A stretch of 62,000 bases of DNA from Vicugna vicugna (lineage: Eukaryota). Where the stretch lies: contig MU061578.1 of the NCBI GenBank assembly GCA_013265495.1, positions 3,171,308 to 3,233,307 of the forward strand, in the 5' to 3' direction. The translations under genes and the position numbers were made by a program. The notes below the pieces were generated by a model. The model searched no databases. It was not told the origin of the DNA and was given only the letters and a program-made list of their open reading frames with translations. Positions 14,901 through 27,532 of this stretch are shown piece after piece; position 1 is the stretch's first letter; every line of letters begins with the position of its first letter.

Positions 14901-17698
14901 TTACACTTGCTCACTTCCCAGGACAGCTTGGAAGGTCTTCCAGGACTCAGCACAGAGGCCTGAGACCCTACTCTGGATCAGGGCCCTCCTTGGGTGTTTA
15001 CTAACCGGTACAACCTCCACTGGTGCATGTGTCCAGGGCCCACAGTGTAACCACCTGCCCAATGAGTGGGTGAAGGTGCCCACCCAGACCCTCCCTCTTG
15101 GGCCTTCCATAGCACAGGCATGCCCTGGGTGCTCTCTGTGTCCAGGGGGTGGCTGACCAGGCCTGGGGTCCAACCAGGAGACGCCTGGGCAGCATGGCAG
15201 GAAGCCTGGCCCCAGCACCAGCTGGGCCTTGTGCTTGGTATGACCTTGACTGTCCCTTCCGCTCTCCAGGTCCCAGCTTCCTAGTGAGTTGGCCGACAGC
15301 ACCTCCCTTCGGGTGCCGCTCCCTCCATTGATTAATAGATGTCAAAGTGCTTCCTGAAAAGTGCACTATGGTCACAGCAGGGTGCAGCCTCATGCTCCAC
15401 AGGCTGGGTGACTCCCCCTACCCCAATGGGAGAGTGGCTGGCTCACACCACCCCAGCAGCAAGCCCAGGGCCTCTCCAGGTGGGCCAGATGCGCAGGTAA
15501 GGGAGCCAAGTGAGCAGCTGGCTCTCCTGCCAGCCTCCTGACCCTCCCCTGGAAGCACCTTGAGAAAAGATAACATGCCACTTGCAAAGCCAGTCTGAGC
15601 TCCAGGGAGTCCAGCATGGGGGCTGGGCAGGGGCAGGCTCCACACAGGACACATTCCAGGCTTTTCGGGTGTCTACTGGCCACCAGGTCCCACCCGTCTG
15701 GCTGTGGCCTGAGTGCTAGGAGACTCGGAGCCAATGAACTAACACAAATTTTCTCCTTAAGCTGCTGCAGCCTCCAGGATAACATAATGACAACAGTCGA
15801 AAAATTTAAAAGTGCTGGGAGCTGAGGCAGGACAGTTCCCCACCTCCTCCCCCACAACCTCAGGACCACAGAGCCTTTGAGAAACGGTCAGCCAGCCTGC
15901 TGGGCACCCAACTTCTAGACGGGGACAGGCAGAGAAGATCACACTGCAGTGTACAGCCCCTTGACCTGAGAGAGGCAGAGCCTTCTGGTCCCCACCAGCC
16001 CAGGACATCTGCAAATCAGGTGGTAGCTGTGAAGTTTCAGCATGTGCACAAGAAATAAGAGAGGTCATCCTAAGACCCAGTGGTCCCCTACTCCCAGAGC
16101 CACAGCTCTGCAGCCTAATCTCCCTGCCCAAGATGCCCACATTGTTTTATGTTGGTCAATGCACCAGGCAATTAACACCATTACACATCCGTCTGAGCTG
16201 GACATGGAAGTCATATTTCTGATACAAGAGAGTGCCAGCCACATGCACACCTGCTCTGGCCACAGTCCCTCCAAGGACACAGGGTTGAGGGGAGGAGAAA
16301 GAAAGTCCCTGAGCCTGTCCTTGGATCCTTAATGAGGGCATCCTTCACCACACCCTCCAAACCAGGACAGGCACCCAGTGCAGAGACCCTGCCCACCCCT
16401 AGACCCCAGAAGCCAAGATCACAAAGCTTCCTGCTCCTTCAGCAAGCCTGGGAGATGAGAGGCTGCCCCAAGTTTTCCATCTACATAAATTCTCCACCAG
16501 TGATCCCTCACCTAGCCCTGATACCGGGAAAGGAGGAAAAGGAGAAAGTACAGGTTGGAGGTATCCAATGAAGCGATTTCATCAGGGGCCGATCTGGGGA
16601 AACCACCCTTCATTCCCAGCTGTGCCAAGCTAGGAAACCAGAGGCACAGCCCTCAAAAGAAACAGAAGCCTGGAGGAGCAAGATTTCAGAGAAGAGAGGA
16701 TGGGCTGGGAGCCAGCCCCAGGCTGTGCTGGATGAGCTGCCTACTACACAGGGGGGCATCTGGGCCTTCCTAGCCCCCACTCCCTGGGGGCCAGGGAGTC
16801 CAAGGCCACAAGAGTCAGGGAAAGGGGGTTACTCAGCATCCCCAAGTGCCCTGCAGAACCCCTCCTGGTCTAGCCACTTCCTTGGGCCTCCACCAAAGGG
16901 AGTGGAAGTTCCTGAACAACACAGAGGTCCCCATTTCTCAGAACCACTCTGGCGAACTAGAGTCCTGAGGACCACTTGGAGTCTAGCCTCCAAGAAGTAA
17001 GGCCAGTTGTTGAAAGTGACTGCAGTAGTATGGTGGTCACCTTGGGAGGGGTGGAGGCATGACACCCACCTAGATTGCTACTCCAGGATCTTAGCAACTT
17101 TTTGCCAACTCTGCCCCTCTCCCAAACCAGATAGGGGCCCCAGAATCCCGCTGCCCAACGTTTCTTCTCAGGGAGTCTCGCAGCTCTTGGGAGTCCCAGA
17201 TGAGTTCCCCACCCCGGCTCCTTCACCTCCACGTCCAGGTGCACGGTGGTCGTGCCCGACCTGCACGGTTTAGGAGCAGGAGGACGAGGAAGGAAGGGAG
17301 GGCGAGCTCCAAGGGGCCAATTCGGCGGAACCTGACCCTGGGGACAGAGGAGGAAGCGCTGGCGTCCTTTCCACCTGACTTCGCTCACATGAGGCGCCCC
17401 GAAAGGGGCTGCCCTGCACCCCCAACCCGGGTGGGGACCTGGGCCCTATGCCTGCGCCAGGTGAGCGTACAGGTGCCCCCAGGTGAGTCACAATCCAGGC
17501 CCCGCCCCCTAGCCGCTGCCCCCTGCTCCCAGCCCGCGCACCCCCAGGATGGCGCCCGTGGGTCTACCGTAACTCACCGCTCTTTCTGCCGTCGCCGGCG
17601 GCGGCAGGCGGGGACCGAGCGAGCAGCAGCAGCAGCAGCAGCAGCGGCCCCGCCACTGCCACCGCTGCACCCCCGGTCCCAGTCCCAGCCCGGCCCAT
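8942..17698 (-). CDS. PGAP6: Post-GPI attachment to proteins 6 (TMEM8A; GPI-specific phospholipase A2, CREST superfamily), 764 aa; coding exons 17578-17698, 13773-13950, 13501-13693, 13177-13304, 12684-12952, 12279-12592, 11759-11849, 11539-11662, 11021-11157, 10488-10666, 10268-10414, 9544-9660, 8942-9238
   Basis: Signal peptide MGRAGTGTGG...[15 protein letters not shown]-like CLNDCGPYGQC...CSCKAGWRGWSC, and a 7-TM CREST region with STFYH, YCDF and HSIWH motifs. The 13 GT-AG exons sum to 2295 nt in frame. Confidence 0.96.
10061..10100. repeat. Perfect 20-bp tandem duplication in PGAP6 intron 11
   Basis: TCTGGCCTAGGGTCAGGGCT x2. Confidence 0.9.
11482..11502 (-). promoter_or_regulatory. RE1/NRSE-like REST binding site in PGAP6 intron 8
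   Basis: Minus strand CTCAGGACCATGGACAGGGCT vs consensus TTCAGCACCACGGACAGCGCC; both half-sites at canonical spacing. Confidence 0.55.
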
Positions 17699-18450
17699 AG
17701 CTCCGCTACCCGGCCCGCGTCCCCGGCCGCCCGCCCCCGCCGCCGCTTGGGCAGCCACCGCCGCCACTGCGGCCCCAGCCGCCACCTCTGCCCAGGGATC
17801 CCATCGTCCGGGCCGGTCCCAGCCGCCGGCGCCCCGGGCACTTCCGCCTGCGAGGCCCCGCCCCGCCGGGGTCAAGCTGGAGAGGAGCGCAGGGCGCTGG
17901 GCGCCGAGCAGGGCGCGGGGGGCGTGCCGGGACGGCGATTGGAAGGAGGACAAGAGGCGGGTTCGGCGCGGGACGGGGCGACGTGGGGCTGGAAGGGACG
18001 CGGGCGGGAGGCGACGCGAGGACCGAGGGGGCGTGCCAGGAAAATGAGTCCGAGAGAGGTCGCGGACTGAGGGGGAACCCAAACCCACAACCGCGCGCAG
18101 GTGGGGGAGGCGGAGCAGGAGAGGCTGGAGGGTATCTGGACACGTGGGGCTGAGGGCGGAATGGCGGCAGACCGTGGCATGGGAACCAGGGGGTAGCGGG
18201 AGGTCTCGGTTCAGAGGGAGAAATAGTGGGGCGTGAATTAGAACGCGCGGGAGATTCCTGGCGACCGTAGAGCACCCCACATGCTTCCTGGAGGCGCTGG
18301 GGGCCCCGGGGACCCAAGCATCTGCAGATCCCTGAGCGGTGGGCCGGGCGCCGCGCGAGGTCCAGCCAGCCTATGCCCGCTTCCGCCTCCCGGAGCTGGA
18401 CTCCCCGGCCGGGCCTCCTGGCGCGACACACCGCAAAGGCGCTACGACTG
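17380..18450 (-). promoter_or_regulatory. PGAP6 CpG-island promoter
   Basis: Very CpG/GC-rich around exon 1; GC boxes (CCCCGCCCC ~17855); ETS-like CACTTCCG ~17839. Confidence 0.8.
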
Positions 18451-18569
18451 TGGGACTTTCAAAGAAAGATGAAAAGGCTCCTTGCACATATTTCGCACAC
18501 TTTAGGTGGCGATTCACGTTGGTGGGTGGGACTCACTTCTCACCCTTGACACCAGGGTAGATTCCGACA

Positions 18570-19300
18570 GACGGATTTCAACATAAAAAGGAAACTGTAA
18601 AGGGACTGGAAGAAAACTTGGGGAAACTTTTTCAGAGTCTAGGAGAAGCGACAGCTTTTCTAAATATGACCAGAAGACTAGAGGCAAGACTGAGAAATTC
18701 AGCTACGTTAAAATCAAAGCTTCCTGAAGAACAAAACTGCATAACCAAAGTCAAAAAAAGAAGCGGTAAACTGGGAAGGACATCCTTACAACTCACATCA
18801 CAAAGGGCCAATCTTAACGAGAAAAGAGTTCCTACAAATAAATAAATACCAACTCTCCAACAGGAAACGACTGGAGTAGATTCCTGGAAAAGATACACAA
18901 ATAAGCATTTCCCTCCTCAGAGAAATGCAAACAAAAACACCAAGAGGCCTCTTCTTTCACCTAATAAATTGGAGGAGATCAAAAGTTCTATGTTACCGAA
19001 AGGCTGCGGTTGTGCGCCGACTCTCCTACGTTTGGAGACCAGAAATTGGCCTGGGCGGAGCCTCACATGATCCTCAGTCATCCCTCCGCTGTGCGTTTTC
19101 CCTGCAGAAATGGTCACAGAAACATGGGGTTGATTGCTTTTCAGTACAACATGCACCAAGCTACTGGTCTTAAGGAATGGGGTATTCAAATCATGGGTAC
19201 CGCGATGGATATTCAAATACTGTGATATTTTAAACACTGCTACAGTGGACTGTAAAAGGAAAACCAGGAAACTTCTGATTGGGAATGGTCTATCAGGTGA
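18570..19300 (+). mobile_element. Old, degraded LINE-1 (L1M) fragments
   Basis: Resembles L1 ORF2 3' region (AAACTGTAAAGG..GAAGAAAAC, GAAATGCAAACAAAAAC); family not determinable by eye. Confidence 0.5.
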
Positions 19301-20139
19301 ACTTTAGCTGAAAAAAGGAAAGGGCAGAATAATGTGTTCAGAATGCTACTATTTTCTAGGGAAAAAAATTTTTTTATTTGGATGGAAGCGTACAGCAGCA
19401 AGGGAAGGATGGGAACCAGGTGGCTGAGGACTGAGAGGTGGGGGCTGTACCTGTACCTTTTGAACTTTGTACTAGTGGTGGGAGGAGGGTTTCCGTGACT
19501 GGTGGTGGGTTTTATTTGTAAGCCCTGGGGTACTGAAGGCTGGGGAGAGGAGGTGAAGGGTGGAGGCCAGGAACACCCCAAAGCCCTAAGTGTGAAGCCA
19601 TAGAAGAGATGCTTTATTCCTCTGGAATCTATGCTGGGCCCTCCTCACCCCTGGCAGCAGGGGGCTCTGAGAGTCTCAATTTAAAGGGACAGAGACCAAT
19701 TCTGGATTTGCTGAGTTGCAACTTTAGGGCACTGTACTGACCCAGATCCTGCCAGGGACTGCAGTTGTGGTCAGCACTAAACACTGCGGATTGTTCCATC
19801 TGCTGCCCCAGGCTGGGCTCTGAGGGCCACCTCGGTAAAGTTCACCAGCAGGCAGGAGGGGAGGCATCAGACACCCCTTTCCCCACCTCTACCCCCACCT
19901 CTACCCCCACCCCAGTGTTCCACCTGGAAGTGCCGGTGAACTTGTAAAGGGACAAGAGTCAGGAGACCTCTGCTAAGTAACAGTATTAGCAATGGAAGGA
20001 ACCCCCCTCGCAGGGCCTTACTTTGACAATAGGAAACCCAGGCCCAGTGGCTGGAGGGCCCTATCTAGAGGTCTTGCGTGGACACAGTTGTGTATTCCAC
20101 TTCACACTACACAGGAAAATGACAATAGGGTTGTCAACT

Positions 20140-20800
20140 GTCAAGAATAAAATGATAAAAATTCTAAAAGGAAACTAGAACTTGCCCCTTAGAATACAGG
20201 CATGGGAAAGAATTTCTTAAGACAGGAAACCAGGGAACCATGAAGAAGAAGTTAGTTGTTGGACTATATTTTTTTAAATGTTACGTAAGTATAAAAGATG
20301 TCAAAGTAAAAAAGGATAGAAATTATTAATTAAGTCAAAAGACAAACAGGAGAAAACATGTGTTATACATGTGATAAACGATGAATATACCTGAGATAGA
20401 AAGGAAATTCACACATTGAAAAAAAGACAGCCCGAAAGAACAATAGACACTGGAAATGTCCTGGCAATTGATGAGAAATTGAGGAAAGATGCAAATGGTC
20501 ACAGCATATAAGGCTGCTTGGTCCAGCAGCAGTCAAATTGCCTGAATACAAAGGAAAACAAGACACCTGTCCCCTCTTGGAATGCAGGGAACAGGCACCT
20601 CCCACTTTGCTGATTGGACTGTGGAGTGCCTCACCTTTTCAAGGTTACATTAAAATGCAATAGAATCACAAGGACCCAAGGGCAGATTTAAAGAGGTGTT
20701 GGCTGCAGAAGTGATTGTGGCTGTGGAAACTTGGGAGCTCTTAAAAGAGCGGGATGGGTGAATAAATTAGGACATACATATACTATGAATTTCCACACAG
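20140..20800 (+). mobile_element. Old LINE-1 (L1M) fragments
   Basis: A-rich, degenerate L1 ORF2/3' motifs. Confidence 0.45.
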
Positions 20801-21850
20801 GTCAGCGAGTCTTCAGGAGCTGTACCCATCAAGTTGCTGGAGAGCATGGATACATCTCATTTCCAAACTGGAACAGCCTCAGATCCTCTCACGAGCCCTG
20901 AAGTGTGGACTTAGTGAACGGCTGCCAACCACCCAGAGGGGAGGTCTGGGAGAGGGAGGACGGACAGGGGAGGACAATTTCCCTACAGATAGTCCCTGTC
21001 TAGTCTCAAAGAACATTATTATGTTTGATTTGGATAAAAACTTCAAAGGTTCACAAAAGCAAAGAGAAAGCCTATAATTCAATTTTATGCAAATAATCAG
21101 AGGATGAGTTGCAGGACATGGATTTTAGGGATGCCTCCGTGGCCTCTGGACCTGCACAGGGGAGCAGGAGGAAGAGTGCTGAGGTCCTCTCCAGCTGCCC
21201 TCCCCTCCCTCCCACCTGCCTCGCTGCTCTTCTCCCTCCCTCCCTCCCTCCCTCCCTCCATTCCTTCCTGCCCTGTTACCCCACGCCAGTGGTGCCGCCA
21301 CCCTGGGCCCAGCACCAGCCGGCTTCATCTCCCACTGCTTCCCTTCCAGCTGAAGGCTGGGCTTAGCCTTGCACACACTGCGGGAACACAGCCCTCAGAC
21401 CCCCCAGCTGCTCTCCCCCATCCTCCAGAATTTACCCAGGGCTCCTCCCACATGCAAGTCCCTGTGGGGATCCCAGGTCTGAAGGGGCCCCCTGCTATAT
21501 AGATGGGGAGGTGTCCTGTCCCCTCACCACCCCTGCAGGTTCCCTGAAGGAAGGAGCTGAATCCCCCACTATGTGGTCTGGGGAGGAGAGGTGCAGTCAC
21601 CCTTCATCTTTGTCCCAGTGCCTCAACTTGTCAGCATGAACTAGACCAGGGTGCCCAAACATCTGCGTAGTTTCCCCAGAAGTTTTTGGAACAACGTAGA
21701 GTTTCTGAATCTTTATTGTACCAAGACAAAGTTTTTCTTAAGTTCAACTACCCATGTATTATTATTTCATAAAGGAAAGATCATTTTCCTACCAAAAAAT
21801 TAGGAAGTACATACTCTTAGAATTGTGCTTAAATAAAGATTAGGTATTTT

Positions 21851-22200
21851 CACGTGGAATCTAAAAAAAAAAAAAAAAGGGGGGGACACTAATGAATTCA
21901 TCCACAAAACAGAAACAGACTCACAGACATGATAAACAGTCTTATGGTTACCAGAGGAAAGGTGGTGGGAGGGAGTAAATTTCGGAGTTTGAGATTTGCA
22001 AATGATAACCACTATATATAAAAATAGATAGAAAACAAATTTCTTCTGTATAGTACAGGGAACTATATTCAATATCTTGTAATAATCTTTTATGAAAAAG
22101 AACATGAAAACAAATATATGTATATATATGCATGACTGGGACATTAAGCTGTACACCAGAAACTGACACATTGCAACTGACTATTCTTCAATTAAAAAAA
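21851..22200 (+). mobile_element. 5'-truncated younger LINE-1 3' end with TSD
   Basis: GTGGAATCTAAAA...CAAAACAGAAACAGACTCACAGACAT...TATAGTACAGGGAACTATATTCAA...CAATTAAAAAA; flanks AAAGATTAG-T-TTT on both sides. Confidence 0.85.
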
Positions 22201-22223
22201 GATTAGTTTTTTCAAGTTCAGCG

Positions 22224-22330
22224 TGTGTGTGTGTGTGTGTGTGTGTGTTTAATGGAGGCTCTGGGGATTAAACCCAGGACCCCCTGCATGCTAAGTATGT
22301 GCTCTACCACTGAGCTATACCCACCCCCTC
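22224..22330 (-). mobile_element. tRNA-Ala-derived SINE with (CA)n tail
   Basis: GGAGGCTCTGGGGATTAAACCCAGGAC...CATGCTAAG...CTACCACTGAGCTATAC preceded by (TG)n. Confidence 0.8.
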
Positions 22331-22729
22331 AGAGTGTGGTTCCTATTTGCTACCATTTATCTGGGTAGATGAGTGCTTCCCGTCCTGGGTGCTGGGCACT
22401 TACAAACCAGAGGATGAAGGACACAGGAGGTGCCCTCAGGGCTCCTGGCCTACAATAAGCCTGGGACAAAGTCCAGCTGCATTGGAGCATGGTGACCAGA
22501 GCAAATTCCTAGTCCCCTTCCAAATGGAAATAGCAGAGGGTGACAGAGGCAGAAGATGGTTGCCAGGGTAGGGGGCCACTAGAGTGGTGGTCTGGCTTGA
22601 AGGCTCCCCTTGCCACCCTCCCCAGCATACCTGGGCTGCCAGGTGAGGGCAAAGTGACAGGAGCCCCTGTTCCTAGAAGAAGTGACCCACTCTAGTTCCC
22701 CCTCTGGTGAGCAGGGGTGAAAAGAGGTC

Positions 22730-25560
22730 TAACATGTCTAAAGTTGAAGTTCCAAGAGGACAGGAAAGAGAATGAGGCAGAAAAAAATGTGAATAAATAA
22801 TAGCAAAAAAATTCTCAAGATTTGGTGAAAGACATTATTAATCTGCAAGTTCAAGCAACTCAGTAAAAAGAAATCAGTAAAAAGAAAATCATACCCTGGC
22901 ACAAAATAGTCAACTACCAAAAACCAAACATAAAGAGAAAATACTGAAAGCAGCCAGAGAAAAATGACATTCAGGGGAATAACAATTCAAACAATTTATG
23001 ACTTCTCATCAGAAACAAAGGAGCAGACTGGATGAGGGAAAGGAGAAAACGGACCTACATGGTTGCAAGATTCTTGCATCTTACATGAAGTGGTACAGTA
23101 TTAATTCTAAACAGTCTGTGAGATGTCAAGAGGGTAATTACAATCCCTAGAGCAGCCAGTATAAAAATAATGCTGAGGTATACCTAAAAAGCCAATAAAT
23201 AAGTTAAATGGAATTTTAAAATATTCATTGAATCCAAAAGAGGTCAGGAAAGGAGGAAAAGAGTACAAATCGGAGGGTCAAACACAAAACAAATAGTAAA
23301 ACAGGGGACTGAAATACAACCATATCAATAATTATATTAAATATTCATGGACTACATACTCCAACTAAAAGGCAGAGATTGTCGGACTGGATTTTACACA
23401 AAGACCCAACCACCTACAAACAATTCATGTCAACTATAAAGACACAGATGGGTTGAAAGTAAGTGGAAGCAAACATACAAAACAAACTTATGGTTACCAG
23501 GTGGGGAAGAAGGTAGGAAGGGATAAATTGGGAGTTTGAGATTTGCAGATACTAACTACTATATATAAAATAGATAAACAAGTGTCTACTGTATAGCACA
23601 GGGAACTATATTTGATATCTTGTAGTAACCTATAACAAAAAAGAATATAAAAATGAATATATGTATACATATGTCTGACTGAAATATTATGCTGCACACC
23701 AAAAATTGACACAACATTGTAAACTGACTATACTTCAATTAAAAAAAATGTAAGTGGATGGACAAAGACACAGCATCCAATAATACACATGAGAACCTGG
23801 AGTAGGTAAGGTAAACTTCAAGACAAAGAGTATTACCAAAAATAAAGAAAAATACTTCACAACGATAAAAGGGTCAATTCATAAGAACAAAATAAATATG
23901 TATGCACCCATTCAAAGAGCTTCAAAAACATGAAGTAAAAATTGGTGGAGTTAAAGAAAGAAATAGGCATTCCACACAATTGGGAGATTTTCACAACCTG
24001 CTCACAGCAGTTGGTGGAACAACCTAGAGTTAAAAATCAGTAATGACACAGGCTATTTGGACAATTCTATCAGCCACCTTGAACTTAATAAGTTTACAGG
24101 CACTACCTCCACTTGGTGCAGAATGGACTTTCTTTTCTTCCCCAACATGGATCATACGCTGGGCCAGAAACAATTCTCTGTAAGTTTAAAAGAATTCAGG
24201 TGACCATCGATAGGGACTTGATAAAGAAATTACGATATACATATATGATATATATATATGTATATATATGTGTGTGTATATATATATATATCTCACATAC
24301 ACACACACACAAACACACACAATGGAATACTACTCAGCCATAAAAAGAATAAAATAATGCCATTTGCAGCAACATGAATGGACCTGGAGATCGTCATTCT
24401 AAGTGAAGTAAGCCAGAAAGAGAAAGAAAAATGCCATATGATATTGCTTATATGTGGAATCTGAAAAAAAAGGACACAAACTTATATACAAAACAGAAAC
24501 AGACTCACAGACATAAAAAACAAACTCATGGTGACCAGAGGGTAAATGGGGGTGGGAAGGGATAAATTGGGAATTTTAAAATTGCACACCTTGGGGAGTG
24601 ATGGAAATGTTAGCTATCTTGATTGTGGTAGTGGTTTCATTGTTATATACATCTATTAAAATTCATCAAAGTATACATCTGAAATATGTGTAGTTTACTG
24701 TATAGGAATCATACCACAATAAAAGTGTTTAAAGAAAAAACACCACCAATGCCTGTAGAATTTTGCCAAATGCTTTTACAGCATCTAGTAAGATACATTC
24801 TTTATTAATGTACATTTCTAATTTTGAACTAGTTTGGAAGTCCTATGATAAATCTCAGTACTGATTTTACTAAACTGCTAGATTTGACTTGTTAATGATT
24901 AAATTAGAATATTTAACTTCCTTTTTTATCTGTATTTATATTCTTTTTCTTACTCCTAGATACTGTATTTTCTCCTTTTTTTCCCCATCATCCTACTTGC
25001 TGGAGTTTGTTATTTGCTAGATATTGGCTTACCAAATACACATTTTGTTCATTAATGTATTCTTTTATCTTTATTAATGCATTCTTTTAATTTTCTTTGG
25101 ATTAAAAAAAAAAAGTTCCCAGAGAGATTAGCTCGCCCCTTCCACCATGTGAGGTGACAATGAGAAGATGGCCATCAATGAGGAAGTGAGCTCTCACCAG
25201 ATACTGAATCTGCCAGCACCATGATCTTGGACTTCCCAGCTTCTAAAAAGTTGAGAAATAAATGTTCATTGTTTATTAAAAAAAAACAAAGAACTACTAT
25301 ATTTCATTTCATAAGACTTATACATTTTCTATCACTGTAATCTAATGTGAAACAAATATTTAACAGTTATTTGAGAGGTGAGCTTATTTCATTAGTATAG
25401 ACTGTCAAATCGGTTTTTAGACTAAAAATAAAAAACAAAGAAAAGTGTGGCTAACTGCAAAAAAAACGGAAAGAATTTAGATGATACAGAATGTGTTCTC
25501 TGACCACAGCAGAATTAAATCATAAATCCACAACCACAAGTTATCCAGAAATCAGTGAAA
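22730..25560 (+). mobile_element. Old L1 (ORF1 end/ORF2 start) interrupted by younger L1 3' ends (~23475-23748; 24204-25469 composite insert incl. MLT1 fragment 25115-25280)
   Basis: L1 motifs (AAAGCAGCCAGAGAAAAA, AAAAGGCAGAGATTGTC, TTCTCTGACCAC); TSD-like AAGTAAGTGGA/ATGTAAGTGGA and AAAGAATT-AG-TGA pairs. Confidence 0.8.
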
Positions 25561-25789
25561 ATCAGACTCAGGCTCTCATGGCTGCCGGCTTGCAGGGAAT
25601 GGGGACTGGGCAGTGTGGAAGCCGAGGCCTGCTTCAACACAGACTCAACCCCAGCCACACGTGTTTACCAAAAAGGCACAGGTTAGAATCAGATGGGAGA
25701 GCCTCCTGTAGAGCAAGAGGCCAGCAGCAGCAGGGCTGGGAGAGAGTCTGGTTCTCCTGGTCCTCTTCCCCTTACCCTGCAGGGCAGGG

Positions 25790-26210
25790 TCTCTCCAAGC
25801 ACACTGCAGGAGGAACATCCCAGAAGTCCAAGGCTATCGGCCCTCTCTCCCATCCTCCTCATCCTCAGTCAGGCTGTGAAGGTGTCAACCAGGATTTTTG
25901 AGGCTGGACTGGGATAGGATCTGCTTCTAAACTCACACCCATGGCTGTGGTGAGCATCAGGTCCACACTGGCTGTTGGCCAGAGACATGGGTTCCTTGTC
26001 ACAAGGACCTATCCATAGGGTACCTGGCTTCTCCTAGTGTGAGCTGCATGTGGGATGAGGGTGTTGGGAGAGGGAGGGAGAAAGAAAGAAGCAGGCCAAC
26101 GAGACCCTGGCCATTGATCTTGAAGACGACCTCCCATCTCTGCTGCTGTTTCTTCCTTGTCACTGGGTCCAGCCCACACTCAAGAGGAGAGGATTCCATG
26201 AGAGTGTGGA
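25790..26210 (-). mobile_element. MaLR (MLT1-type) LTR fragment
   Basis: GGATCTGCTTCTAAACTCAC..ATGGCTGT, CCAGCCCACACTCAAGAGGAG are typical reverse-strand MLT1 motifs. Confidence 0.6.
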
Positions 26211-26682
26211 CTGAGTGGTTTTCTGTTGCTGAGTTGTAAGAGTTCTTTTCAAAATTTTCATACTAGGCCCTGATCAGATACATGACTTGCAAATATTTTC
26301 TCCCACTCTGTAGGTTGTCTTTCCTCTTTCTTGATTATTCCATGCTGTTCACCAAAGCAGGTTGGTCAGCTGAGATTCTTACTAGCAGTGACAGGTTCCA
26401 ATGGTCCAAATCCTCGTTCATACTCAGAATTTTCAGACTTGGAGATTTGTGCCCTGACTTTATTTGCATTTTTCTGATTACTCCTGAGGCTAAGCACCTT
26501 TGCATTCTTACTGGCTGTTTGGGTTTCCTCTGTGGAGAAGTAAATCTTTAAGTACTTGCTCTTGGTCAGTGGTCTTTCACTCACTGATTTCTAGAGATAG
26601 GGACCTAGACCTGCATAGGTTTTAGGTGGTAGAAATATTATTTCTTATTCTGTGGTTTGTCATTTTTCTTTCTTCATGAGGG

Positions 26683-26685
26683 GTG

Positions 26686-26719
<34 letters not shown>
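26683..26719. repeat. (TG)n microsatellite
   Basis: Direct reading. Confidence 0.9.
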
Positions 26720-26723
<4 letters not shown>

Positions 26724-27180
26724 TGTGTTTTAGGTAAGAGAATATGGGAAGTTTTTTTAATTGAAGTATGTCTGCTGTACAATATTACATAAATTACAGT
26801 ACAGTGTAGTAATTCACTATCTTTAAAGGTTATACTCCACTTATGTCATGATAAAATATTGGCTATATTCTCTGTGTTGTACAATATGTCCTGGTAGCTT
26901 ATTTATACCTAATAGTTTGAACCCCTTATTCCCCTACCCCTATCCTGCTCCTCCCCACTTCCCTCTCCCCACTGGTACCTACTGGTTTGTTCTATCTATG
27001 AGTCTGCTTCTTTTTTGTTATATTCACTAGTTTGTTATATTTATTAGATTCCAAATATAAGTGATATCACACAGTATTTGCCTTTCCCTGACTTATTTCA
27101 CTTAGCATAATGCCCTCCAAGTCCATCCATGTTGCTGCACATGGCAAATTTTTGCTCTTTTTATGGCTGAGTAGTATTCC

Positions 27181-27182
<2 letters not shown>

Positions 27183-27221
<39 letters not shown>
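27183..27221. repeat. (TG)n microsatellite
   Basis: Direct reading. Confidence 0.9.
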
Positions 27222-27223
<2 letters not shown>

Positions 27224-27436
27224 ACATATGGAATACACAAAGAAGATTAAGTTGGATTCACTTTGCTAGTATTTTGTTTAGGATGTTTGCATTTATATTC
27301 ATCAATGATATTGGCTTTTCTTTTTTTGTGTGATATCTTTTCTGGTTTTGGTATCAGGGTGATGCTGGCCTTGTAGAATGAGTTCAGAAGCATTCCTTCC
27401 TCTGAAATTTTTAGGAATAGTTTGAGAAGGATAAGT

Positions 27437-27532
27437 TTTTGGGTTTTTTTAAATGGAGGTACTAGGGATTGAACCCAGGACTTCATGCATGCTAAGCACA
27501 CACTCTACCATTAAGCTATATTCCCACTCTCC
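27437..27532 (-). mobile_element. tRNA-Ala-derived SINE inserted in L1 ORF2
   Basis: SINE body flanked by TSD TGAGAAGGATA(A/G)GT at 27423-27436 and 27533-27546. Confidence 0.85.

Noticed and set aside
17200..18431. Overlapping 100-240 aa ORFs on both strands at the PGAP6 promoter (likewise 34297-35198 and 38826-39832)
   Set aside because: CpG islands are depleted of stop codons, and the peptides are low-complexity with no recognisable domain.
22571..22590. CTCF-like sites (also ~46605)
   Set aside because: Core mismatches or an insertion; not supportable without a PWM scan.
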